From: a virus | Lineage: Duplodnaviria; Caudoviricetes | Length of the DNA: 29,017 nucleotides | Strand: one strand, 5' to 3' | Virus record (IMG/VR): IMGVR_UViG_3300009152_000158 | Location: 1-29,017 of that record | In this document: in pieces, positions 7,971-15,844 of the stretch | How the letters are laid out: every line of letters starts with the position of its first letter | Numbering within the stretch: the stretch's first letter is position 1 | The notes under the pieces: generated by a model | What the model saw: only the letters and a program-made list of their open reading frames with translations | What the model was told of the DNA's origin: nothing | Databases searched by the model: none | Program-made: the position numbers and the translations under genes

Positions 7971-8703
7971 GTTCTCCCCAGCATTTGTCACAGATATAAA
8001 TAGCTTAACAGACTATAGTAATTTTAATGAGCCACAAGAATCAAAAAGATATATCCCCTCTTGGTACAAGAAGCTATCTAAATTTCATAAATCAAACAGC
8101 ATCAGCAAGCTCTACCCAGTAAATGATAGAGGCACAGATGGAAGCGCAGCCTCAACAAAATTATGTATGCCATTTTTTGACGCATTGACTTCTGGGTACA
8201 TGTACACACTAGATTACGATCTCCATGTAAGCCAAGATAAGAGTGGCTTCCCAGTACTTTCCTGGGAGGGTGACAATATGATAGTGGATAAGAGATTAAT
8301 GATAGATGTCCCAGTGCCCACCCAACATCATCCAATGCATTATGGGTGGAAGGTTAACTGGTACTCAGAGACGCCAAAAGGGTATTCTTTATTAATAACA
8401 CACCCGCTAAATAGGCATGATTTGCCATTTACCACAATGAGCGGGATTATAGACTCAGATTTATGGCACACCCCAGTATTTACATCCTTCTTCCTAAAAC
8501 GCAACTTTATTGGTATAATACCTAAAGGAACTCCTATATTTCAAATGATTCCTATTAAAAGAGAAGAGTGGTCTCTTGAAATAGATTATTCAAATGAAAA
8601 TATAGAGCAAAACCAGATCAAGGATGAAAAAAGAAGATCTTTAATATATGCATATTATAAAAATATAATATGGCAACGTAAACAATATAGAGGGAAAATA
8701 TAA
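7945..8703 (+). CDS. DUF6065-like / dUTPase-fold-like beta protein (paralogue of 6526..7242)
   Basis: Motifs IPSWYK, TKLCMPFFDALTSGY, TPKGYSLLITHPLNR, SGIIDSD and IIPKGTPIFQMIPIKREEW. Confidence 0.7.
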   Translation: MRKKELKVKFSPAFVTDINSLTDYSNFNEPQESKRYIPSWYKKLSKFHKSNSISKLYPVNDRGTDGSAASTKLCMPFFDALTSGYMYTLDYDLHVSQDKSGFPVLSWEGDNMIVDKRLMIDVPVPTQHHPMHYGWKVNWYSETPKGYSLLITHPLNRHDLPFTTMSGIIDSDLWHTPVFTSFFLKRNFIGIIPKGTPIFQMIPIKREEWSLEIDYSNENIEQNQIKDEKRRSLIYAYYKNIIWQRKQYRGKI

Positions 8704-9348
8704 ATGGAAAATATGTATATGAATAAACCAACAGGTAAAGAGCATAAGTTTTTTGAAAGGTACCTGGACAATGACTTGCCAGAGCTTGCGGAGTTTTTAC
8801 AGAATCAATATTCTAATATAGAAAACCTTAAGCTATCTGGTGTAACAAAGGTTACACCAAGAGACAACTGGCTGTCTTCTGACAGCGTGTCTACAATCAA
8901 ATGGAGAGAATACAATGTATTTCAGTTTTATCATGAATCAATACATAAGCTATATAAAAGCATATCAGATACGATTAAAGAGGCGTGTGAATACTATGAA
9001 ATTAATTTTGATGAACAAAGATACATGGTTCAGGGTTGGTTTAATATTAATTACAACCATAGTGGTAAGCTTGATTGGCATGATCATGGTGGCCCATATG
9101 CCCCCTATTTTCACGGTTACTATTCAGTAAATGCAGAGCCTTCAACTACATACTATAGCGTTTTTGGGAATCAAGTAGATAACCATAACAAAAACAATAG
9201 AATGATTATTTCGGAAATGGGACACCCACATGCAATGGGAGACTGGGATTGGGAAGGACCTAGAGTGACTATTGCTTATGACATAATGCCTCTAAAAAGT
9301 TTAATTGCAAATAGAGCAGAACCACAACACTGGATACCATTGCTGTGA
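8704..9348 (+). CDS. Putative 2OG-Fe(II) oxygenase (DSBH fold)
   Basis: Motifs GWFNINY, WHDH (HxH), FHGYYSV, distal HPH and RVTIAYDI (2OG-binding Arg). Confidence 0.75.
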   Translation: MENMYMNKPTGKEHKFFERYLDNDLPELAEFLQNQYSNIENLKLSGVTKVTPRDNWLSSDSVSTIKWREYNVFQFYHESIHKLYKSISDTIKEACEYYEINFDEQRYMVQGWFNINYNHSGKLDWHDHGGPYAPYFHGYYSVNAEPSTTYYSVFGNQVDNHNKNNRMIISEMGHPHAMGDWDWEGPRVTIAYDIMPLKSLIANRAEPQHWIPLL

Positions 9349-10163
9349 CAAGTAATATAGGGATCTGCATATACTCATATCAAAACAAAAAGCTATTAGA
9401 CTTGATAGAAGAGATAAAAGAAAAGTCTAGTAAGAAGAACATGTTGTATTTCTATGTCATAGATCAAAATAATTTGGACAGGACAAGAAGTTTTTCCGAA
9501 CCAGATTTCTATCAATCTATTTCTTACAATTATGTAAAATGGGATTCAATTAAAAGCCCAATTGAGTATAAACAGCAAGCCTTAAATATTTTAAACAAAA
9601 CATATTATATGCAGGCTGGAGATGATTTAAACTTAATACAAAATTGGGATGAGTATGCAATCAATTTTATATCAAAAAATAAAAATTCAATTATAACTGG
9701 AAACTCCACAGTCTCTTTATCTAATAAAAACTGGTTTCAATTAGAATCCACCAGAACACCATCAAAAAAATTTAATGAAATAAATTATATAGATAGAAAT
9801 TTTTTATTTGGTCTTACTGAAGATTTTAAAAAGATAGACTATCCTAAGTATTTAAAATACAATGGAGAAGAAGAGGCCATTTCAATAGATATGTTAAATA
9901 ACGGAATAAAGATGTACAACTTCCCAGATGAATACTTATTAATAAATAGATCTAATATAGAAGAAGAATATGTGCCATTTTCTTTAAACCATAATTATAA
10001 TAAATTTGTTAATTTATATAAAGATGAGGTTAAAAAGAATTTTGGTTTGGATATAGAAGAATTTCCATTTGAAGACAACGATGTCTCATACGACCCAGCG
10101 CAATCTCAAACTGATAAAATTGGTGGGTTAAGATACATTAATAAAGTTAAGGAGCTTAGATAA
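9345..10163 (+). CDS. GT-A glycosyltransferase, GT60 (Skp1-hydroxyproline GlcNAc transferase)-like, divergent
   Basis: Motifs ICIYSYQN, YFYVIDQ, YYMQAGDD...NWD, NFLFG and YNGEEEAIS..L.NG...Y occur in the order recalled for GT60 (IASYRD, YLQIDSH..F...WD, F.GEE..S). Confidence 0.6.
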   Translation: MTSNIGICIYSYQNKKLLDLIEEIKEKSSKKNMLYFYVIDQNNLDRTRSFSEPDFYQSISYNYVKWDSIKSPIEYKQQALNILNKTYYMQAGDDLNLIQNWDEYAINFISKNKNSIITGNSTVSLSNKNWFQLESTRTPSKKFNEINYIDRNFLFGLTEDFKKIDYPKYLKYNGEEEAISIDMLNNGIKMYNFPDEYLLINRSNIEEEYVPFSLNHNYNKFVNLYKDEVKKNFGLDIEEFPFEDNDVSYDPAQSQTDKIGGLRYINKVKELR

Positions 10164-10705
10164 TGTTAATAAAAATAGTAGAAAACTTTATAACAGAAGA
10201 AGACGCAAATGTTCTAATCAACGAGATGAGGAGACCCTCAGAAATAAATGAGTACCCATCTTACTACAAGGACAGAAATGGTGGAACTGCCTTGCCTTAC
10301 AACAAAACAGTTATGTCATTATTAAAAAAATATGCATTACATGCAAATAGCATACAGAAAAAATTTTTTGACTTAGAAAAAGATGTAATTATTACAAAAG
10401 CTTTTGGATCTTTTTGGAATCCTGGTCAAAGCGGGGCACCACACATTGATGCAATAGAAAAAGAACCTTTTATTGAGTATAGTACTGTAATATATTTAAA
10501 CGACGAGTATGAAGGTGGAGAGATTTATTTTCCAAAACAATCCTTTGAACACAGACCAAATAAGTACTCAGCAATATTTTTTCCAGGTAACAGCTTGAGC
10601 TATATACATGGAGTAAAAGAAATAACAAGTGGTAATAGATTTACAGCTCTTTATATGCAGTCTACAAAAAAAGAGTTCATGGATCCAGATTTTGAGGGGT
10701 GCTAA
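10163..10705 (+). CDS. Prolyl 4-hydroxylase-like 2OG-Fe(II) oxygenase
   Basis: Motifs PHID (HxD), VIYLNDEYEGGEIYFP and HGVKEITSGNRF (distal His and Arg). Confidence 0.88.
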   Translation: MLIKIVENFITEEDANVLINEMRRPSEINEYPSYYKDRNGGTALPYNKTVMSLLKKYALHANSIQKKFFDLEKDVIITKAFGSFWNPGQSGAPHIDAIEKEPFIEYSTVIYLNDEYEGGEIYFPKQSFEHRPNKYSAIFFPGNSLSYIHGVKEITSGNRFTALYMQSTKKEFMDPDFEGC

Positions 10706-11359
10706 ATGAATTACGAAGAGTTAGCCCTAGGAGCCGTTTATTATAAAAATATAATAGACAACCCAGCAGATTTAATTAACAAAATAGAAGACTTAGAGGA
10801 GAAAAGAAGCAACGCTGATTCCTATAGATCTGAGTCTGTGAAGCCATGGCAGGCATGGGACTATGACCATGGCAATAAAGAAAAAACAGTTTTCTGTTGG
10901 CAAAAGTTTTTACCAAAGCCAGAAGACATTCAAAAAACAGATTTGTTTTATGAAGAACAATTTGAAATATCCTCAACTCTTTTTAATGGATTAGAGAAAG
11001 GACTCAAGCACTATTTTTCACTATACCCATACGCAGAAAAAAATATTAAATCTAGAGAAAAAACAATGCACGTTTTAAAATATAAAGAAAGTGGATTCCT
11101 TCCAGCGCATTCTGACCATGGAATAAGCAGTAGGGTTTTGTCTGCTCTTTTGTATTTAAATGATGACTATGAAGGTGGAAATATTAGATTCCCTCACGCA
11201 GGAATAGACATGAAACCAGAAGCTGGAAGCCTATTATTTTTTCCTTCAAATTTTGTATATGTTCATGAAGTAGATGCCGTAACAAGCGGAACAAGATACT
11301 CTTTGCCAAATTGGTATCACAATAGAAAAAATGCTTACTACTCGGACGGAACAGAGTAG
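10706..11359 (+). CDS. Prolyl 4-hydroxylase-like 2OG-Fe(II) oxygenase
   Basis: Motifs AHSD (HxD), LLYLNDDYEGGNIRFP, KPEAGSLLFFPS and HEVDAVTSGTRYS. Confidence 0.9.
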   Translation: MNYEELALGAVYYKNIIDNPADLINKIEDLEEKRSNADSYRSESVKPWQAWDYDHGNKEKTVFCWQKFLPKPEDIQKTDLFYEEQFEISSTLFNGLEKGLKHYFSLYPYAEKNIKSREKTMHVLKYKESGFLPAHSDHGISSRVLSALLYLNDDYEGGNIRFPHAGIDMKPEAGSLLFFPSNFVYVHEVDAVTSGTRYSLPNWYHNRKNAYYSDGTE

Positions 11360-12048
11360 TGTTTATTGTTACAGGGTCAAGTAAAGGAATTGGAAATGCT
11401 ATAGCAAATAGGCTTTTAAAAAATGGACATGAGGTGTGCGGAATATCAAGAAGCTTACCAGAAGGAAATTCTCTTTTTAAAACATATTTAGCAGATGTTT
11501 CAGACAAAAAATCTTTAATAGAAATTGCAAATACATTGAAGTCTGAAAAGATAACAGTCGATGGTCTAATAAATTGCGCTGGCGTTATGCAAAAGCCTTT
11601 TATGGACTGGTCAAGAATTCAAGAAGAGGAACTCCAGTCAATCTTTTTAACAAACGTTATTGGCACAATAAATGCATGTCAATCCTTTATCCCACTAATG
11701 AATATTAGAAAGCACACCCCAGTCATAAACATATCTAGTCTTTCTGCCCATGCAAATACAGAACTTTCTGTTTATGGATCAAGCAAGCATGCAGTTAAAG
11801 GCTTTACTAGCTCTTTGGCAAAAATCTTGCAGGCCACATCTATAAGGCCCAACTGCATTGCACCAGGCCCAATTAAAACAGAAATGACAAGTATGCTCTC
11901 AGATGACATGCTTAAAATGTTTGCTTCCCCACAAATTATAAACAGTAAAGTTTTTACTTCTGAGGATATATGCGACATAGTTGAGCTATTAATAGATAAT
12001 AGGTCAAACAGTTTAACTGGACAGACATTTCACGTAGGCGGGCACTAA
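11359..12048 (+). CDS. Classical short-chain dehydrogenase/reductase (FabG-like)
   Basis: Motifs TGSSKGIG, NCAG, NISS, YGSSK (YxxxK), PGPIKTEM and LTGQTFHVGG. GTG start overlaps the upstream TAG. Confidence 0.92.
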   Translation: MFIVTGSSKGIGNAIANRLLKNGHEVCGISRSLPEGNSLFKTYLADVSDKKSLIEIANTLKSEKITVDGLINCAGVMQKPFMDWSRIQEEELQSIFLTNVIGTINACQSFIPLMNIRKHTPVINISSLSAHANTELSVYGSSKHAVKGFTSSLAKILQATSIRPNCIAPGPIKTEMTSMLSDDMLKMFASPQIINSKVFTSEDICDIVELLIDNRSNSLTGQTFHVGGH

Positions 12049-12057
12049 CCCACAAAA

Positions 12058-12066
12058 TGGTATAAT
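12058..12066 (+). promoter_or_regulatory. Extended -10 promoter, probably leaderless transcript
   Basis: TGGTATAAT ends 6 nt before ATG 12073; no SD. Confidence 0.65.
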
Positions 12067-12072
12067 TTTTAA

Positions 12073-13803
12073 ATGTCATACTACTACAAAGTTCTTAAAG
12101 ATAGCCCAATTGGTTTTTGGAAGCTAGACGATAACACTACGACAGCAATAGATTATTCTGGCTGTCAAAATAATGGATCCTATTTGGGCGCACAGGATAA
12201 AAAAAATCCAATTGTTAGTGGCAGTTTGTATTCTTCAAAAATAACATCTTCTTCTAGTATTGTATTGTCATTAAATAAAGATTACTACGGACAGACAGCA
12301 AAGGGTGGATTTGCAAATATTAATGACGGAGACAATGATTTTTCAATAGAGTGCTGGGTATTGCCACAAATAGAAACAAACAACCTTACTCCCATAGTTG
12401 CGGACAAAGAAAAAAATATAGGAATTTTTTGGGACAAGGGTAATATATTGTTTGGGCTAGGAACTGACTACCTAGAGTATTCAGTGCCAGATTTTAATAA
12501 ATCTTTGCACATAGTCTGTACTTATAGCGTAAACAAAGCATTTATTTATGTAGATGGAGTTCTTTGTGTTAGTAAAACAATAGAATCTAATCCATTTACA
12601 AATACATCGATCTTATTAAAGTCTGGACCAACAGAAAATGCACTTGATAAATTTTTAATTAACAACATTGCAATTTATAGATACGGTCTACCTGAAAGAC
12701 AGATACACTCTCACTATATCAATAACAACAAAATAACTCCGATACAGATATCCTACCCAGAAAACGGAGAAATATTTTATATATATGACAACGGAATGAG
12801 AAAATCTTTTTCATTTACATATCCTAAAGATAAGTCCTGGGAGTATTTTTTAAATGAAGACATTACTTTAAATAGGCAGGAAAACTATATAGAGCTATCA
12901 AGAACAGAAACCCAGCAATTAAAAGAAGTTATTTTAAATGACATAATCTCAATGCCTTCTGGAATCTCAATGGACTCCTCAAAAATATCATGGGCTGGCA
13001 ATAATGGAGTTAGAGTCTATACAAGCCTAGATGATGTAACTTACCTAGAGTGTAAAAATGGAGAATCTATCCCACAATTTAAGCTCTCAGGATTTAGTAG
13101 TCAAAAATTCTTTTATTTAAAAATTATACTAAGATCTACAGACTCATCAAAATATTTGCCAAAGCTACACAACCTAGAAATTAATTTCTACAGTAATCAA
13201 ATACTATATTCTAAAAATGGAGGCAGCTATATTTCAAAAATTGACAATCTTGATTCAAATTTTGGACAAGAAGCGTATCCTATTTTAAGTAATAATAGCT
13301 TAAATGGAATATTAGTTGATTCTGACTCTGGGTTCAAATTAAACACATTGAGGTCAATTTCTACTATAGAGTTTTTCTATACCCCAAGCACCGTATCAAG
13401 TGGTTCCCTTATTTCAGCGATTGGAACGAATCTGACTTGGGATAGCAATAACTCTATTTATAAAAACAATATATCTGGACTATATGTAAATGGAGTTGAC
13501 AGAACATCCGAATCCCAAATGTCCAATATATTTAAGCCAAAAGACTTGCACCATGTGGTAATCACCCTCACCTCCCCAGTAACCGAAGAAATTATTTTTA
13601 ATTGGAAGACAGGTGGGTCTGAGAAATCACTATATCAATACATAACAATATATCCATATACTATGCAACTGAATATAATTAAAGAGCATTATGCTATATA
13701 TATGGGGCAGTCAGGATACCAGTCTAGCGGATCAACACTTAGGCTGTCAGAAAATACAGTAAATGTATATAATAACGACTGGGTTGTGCTACAAAACTCA
13801 TAA
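12073..13803 (+). CDS. LamG/concanavalin-A-like lectin domain virion protein (576 aa)
   Basis: Motifs VLKDSPIGFWKLDD, FSIECWV, HIVCTYS...IYVDG and IAIYRYGL...I.SHY. A second partial LamG-like region lies at the C-terminus (TIEFFY, LYVNG, HHVVIT). Confidence 0.75.
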   Translation: MSYYYKVLKDSPIGFWKLDDNTTTAIDYSGCQNNGSYLGAQDKKNPIVSGSLYSSKITSSSSIVLSLNKDYYGQTAKGGFANINDGDNDFSIECWVLPQIETNNLTPIVADKEKNIGIFWDKGNILFGLGTDYLEYSVPDFNKSLHIVCTYSVNKAFIYVDGVLCVSKTIESNPFTNTSILLKSGPTENALDKFLINNIAIYRYGLPERQIHSHYINNNKITPIQISYPENGEIFYIYDNGMRKSFSFTYPKDKSWEYFLNEDITLNRQENYIELSRTETQQLKEVILNDIISMPSGISMDSSKISWAGNNGVRVYTSLDDVTYLECKNGESIPQFKLSGFSSQKFFYLKIILRSTDSSKYLPKLHNLEINFYSNQILYSKNGGSYISKIDNLDSNFGQEAYPILSNNSLNGILVDSDSGFKLNTLRSISTIEFFYTPSTVSSGSLISAIGTNLTWDSNNSIYKNNISGLYVNGVDRTSESQMSNIFKPKDLHHVVITLTSPVTEEIIFNWKTGGSEKSLYQYITIYPYTMQLNIIKEHYAIYMGQSGYQSSGSTLRLSENTVNVYNNDWVVLQNS

Positions 13804-13828
13804 ATTTGAACATTGTCCTGACAGAATG

Positions 13829-13857
13829 TGGACATTAACTAAAAAGAATGGTAAAAT
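13829..13857 (+). promoter_or_regulatory. Sigma70/SigA-type promoter
   Basis: TGGACA-N17-TAAAAT with TG extension, 9 nt before ATG 13867; no SD. Confidence 0.65.
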
Positions 13858-13866
13858 TAATACATA

Positions 13867-14202
13867 ATGGACATCAAAAGAATAAATCAAAAGGTTATAG
13901 AAGAAACCACGCTTGGAATCTACGTCTGGGAAATGCCAGATGGAAGATGGATTGGCGATGACGATGGAAACTTCTTATCCATTACAGCTAAAAAGGGAAA
14001 CAGATCAAAGATAGCCCTACTAGCAGATGCAGTTAGAGCACATGGCATACAAGAAGGCCAGCCTAAGTTTTTGTCAGGACGTAGAAAAATTAATGACGAA
14101 GAGTTCCAGCATCAAAAGCAAAGATTAGAATGGGGACTAACACCAGACCCTCTAGATATTGGCGTGTACAAAGATTCTTTAAAAAATGGAGGTCTGAGAT
14201 AA
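13867..14202 (+). CDS. Hypothetical protein upstream of portal (111 aa)
   Basis: The ORF has its own promoter and abuts the portal start (TAAATG). Confidence 0.75.
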   Translation: MDIKRINQKVIEETTLGIYVWEMPDGRWIGDDDGNFLSITAKKGNRSKIALLADAVRAHGIQEGQPKFLSGRRKINDEEFQHQKQRLEWGLTPDPLDIGVYKDSLKNGGLR

Positions 14203-15789
14203 ATGGAATTTATTAACGACGATCAAGGCAGCGCAGAAACTATTGACATATCAAATTCAGCAGACTGGTTTAAATTTAACAACAAAGAGATAGTTGTAGA
14301 TACAGACCCATTTAACATAGAAGCTCAAGAATTAAAAAAGGTAAATGGACTTAGCCCAACATTCCGTAGAAAAGTTTCAAGAGATATCCAAAAAAGACTT
14401 ATTGGTCAGGATGGAACTGGTACCCAGCAGAACCTACTTCAACAAGCAGTCACGGGTTATGCCATGTTCGACCTTGTTCAGCCAGTTTATAATTTAGAAT
14501 ATCTATCAAAGATATATGAGATATCTCCATATAATTACGCAGCAATTAATGCAAAGGTTGCCAACATAGTTGGACTTGGATATACTTTTGTAGAAACAAA
14601 AAAGGCAAACGATGCTTTAGATAGCATATCTGATACCAAGCAGCTAGAACGTGCTCGCAAGAAATTAAATAAATTAAGACAAGACCTAGACTCTTGGCTT
14701 GAAGAGACAAACGAAGAAGAAACATTTACAGAAACATTAATCAAGGCTTACACAGACTTGGAAGCAACTGGAAACTCTTATATTGAAATAGGAAGAACCG
14801 TTGCTGGTAATATAGGATATATAGGACACATTCCATCTAAAACAATGCGTGTCAGAAGACTTCGTGATGGCTTTATTCAATTGCTATATGGCAAGGCCGT
14901 TTTCTTTAGAAACTTTGGAGATCAAGAAACTCCAAACCCAATAGACGGTGGACTAGAAAGACCAAATGAAATTATTCATTTAAAGAAATATACACCAATG
15001 AATAACTACTACGGCATACCAGACATCATTGCAGCACAAACAGCTATGGCTGGAAATGAATTTTCTGGAAAATATAACTTAGACTATTTTGAAAACAAAG
15101 CAGTTCCAAGATATATCATTACCGTAAAAGGAGCCAAACTTTCGCCAGAATCAGAAAGAAAACTTCTTGAGTTTTTTCAGGTTGGCTTAAAGGGAAAAAA
15201 TCACAGATCCCTGTATGTCCCACTTCCACCAGATACCTCAGACTCTAAGGTTGAATTTAAGATGGAGCCAATTGAAGCTGGAAGTCAAGAGGGCTCGTTT
15301 GAGAAATACCGTAAATCAAATAGAGATGAAATATTATTAGCGCATAGAGTTCCAATTAATAAAATTGGTGTCCCAGAGGGAGTAAGCCTAGCATCCGCCA
15401 GAGATGCAGATAAAACATTTAAAGAGCAAGTATGTCGGCCTGCCCAGGATATTCTAGAAAAGAAAATTAATAGAATTGTTTCAGAAAAAACAGATGCCCT
15501 ATTGCTTAAATTTAATGAATTGACTTTGACTGACGAAGACACTCAATCTAAAATTGATGAAAGATATTTAAGAATGCAGGTAATTACTCCAAATGAAGTA
15601 AGAATCCGAAAAGGAATGATTCCTATGGATGGTGGAGATGAAGTTGTAGAATTAAAGCCACAGGCAGCAGCAGAGCAAAGAGCCCAAGCTGGTAATTCAA
15701 GACAAAGAACCCAAGAAAGATCTGCAAATTCCCCAGATATTTCTGGGGAGGCCAGAAATCCAAAAGGTGAAGGAAGAATCACTTCTTAA
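14203..15789 (+). CDS. Phage portal protein
   Basis: Motifs DLEATGNSYIEI, EIIHLK, YYGIPD, YFENKAVP, ILLAHRVP..KIG and ITPNEVR..KGM.P..GGD. Confidence 0.93.
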   Translation: MEFINDDQGSAETIDISNSADWFKFNNKEIVVDTDPFNIEAQELKKVNGLSPTFRRKVSRDIQKRLIGQDGTGTQQNLLQQAVTGYAMFDLVQPVYNLEYLSKIYEISPYNYAAINAKVANIVGLGYTFVETKKANDALDSISDTKQLERARKKLNKLRQDLDSWLEETNEEETFTETLIKAYTDLEATGNSYIEIGRTVAGNIGYIGHIPSKTMRVRRLRDGFIQLLYGKAVFFRNFGDQETPNPIDGGLERPNEIIHLKKYTPMNNYYGIPDIIAAQTAMAGNEFSGKYNLDYFENKAVPRYIITVKGAKLSPESERKLLEFFQVGLKGKNHRSLYVPLPPDTSDSKVEFKMEPIEAGSQEGSFEKYRKSNRDEILLAHRVPINKIGVPEGVSLASARDADKTFKEQVCRPAQDILEKKINRIVSEKTDALLLKFNELTLTDEDTQSKIDERYLRMQVITPNEVRIRKGMIPMDGGDEVVELKPQAAAEQRAQAGNSRQRTQERSANSPDISGEARNPKGEGRITS

Positions 15790-15808
15790 TTATTAGGCAA
15801 CCAGTTAT

Positions 15809-15837
15809 TTGCCTTTTTACGAATACGAAGATAAAAT
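15809..15837 (+). promoter_or_regulatory. Sigma70/SigA-type promoter, probably leaderless
   Basis: TTGCCT-N17-TAAAAT ends 7 nt before ATG 15845. Confidence 0.65.
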
Positions 15838-15844
15838 TAGGCAT

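Noticed and set aside
8915-9130. Alternate-frame + ORF inside the oxygenase gene
   Set aside because: It lies entirely within 8704..9348, with no SD or motif.
5335-12048. DNA hypermodification or anti-restriction cluster
   Set aside because: No nucleotide kinase, thymidylate synthase, TET/JBP or DNA-glycosyltransferase motifs were recognised, and the context is virion genes. It is disfavoured but not formally excluded.
15809-15844. TTG start for the protease given by the ORF track
   Set aside because: That TTG is the -35 hexamer of a well-spaced promoter. ATG 15845 fits better.
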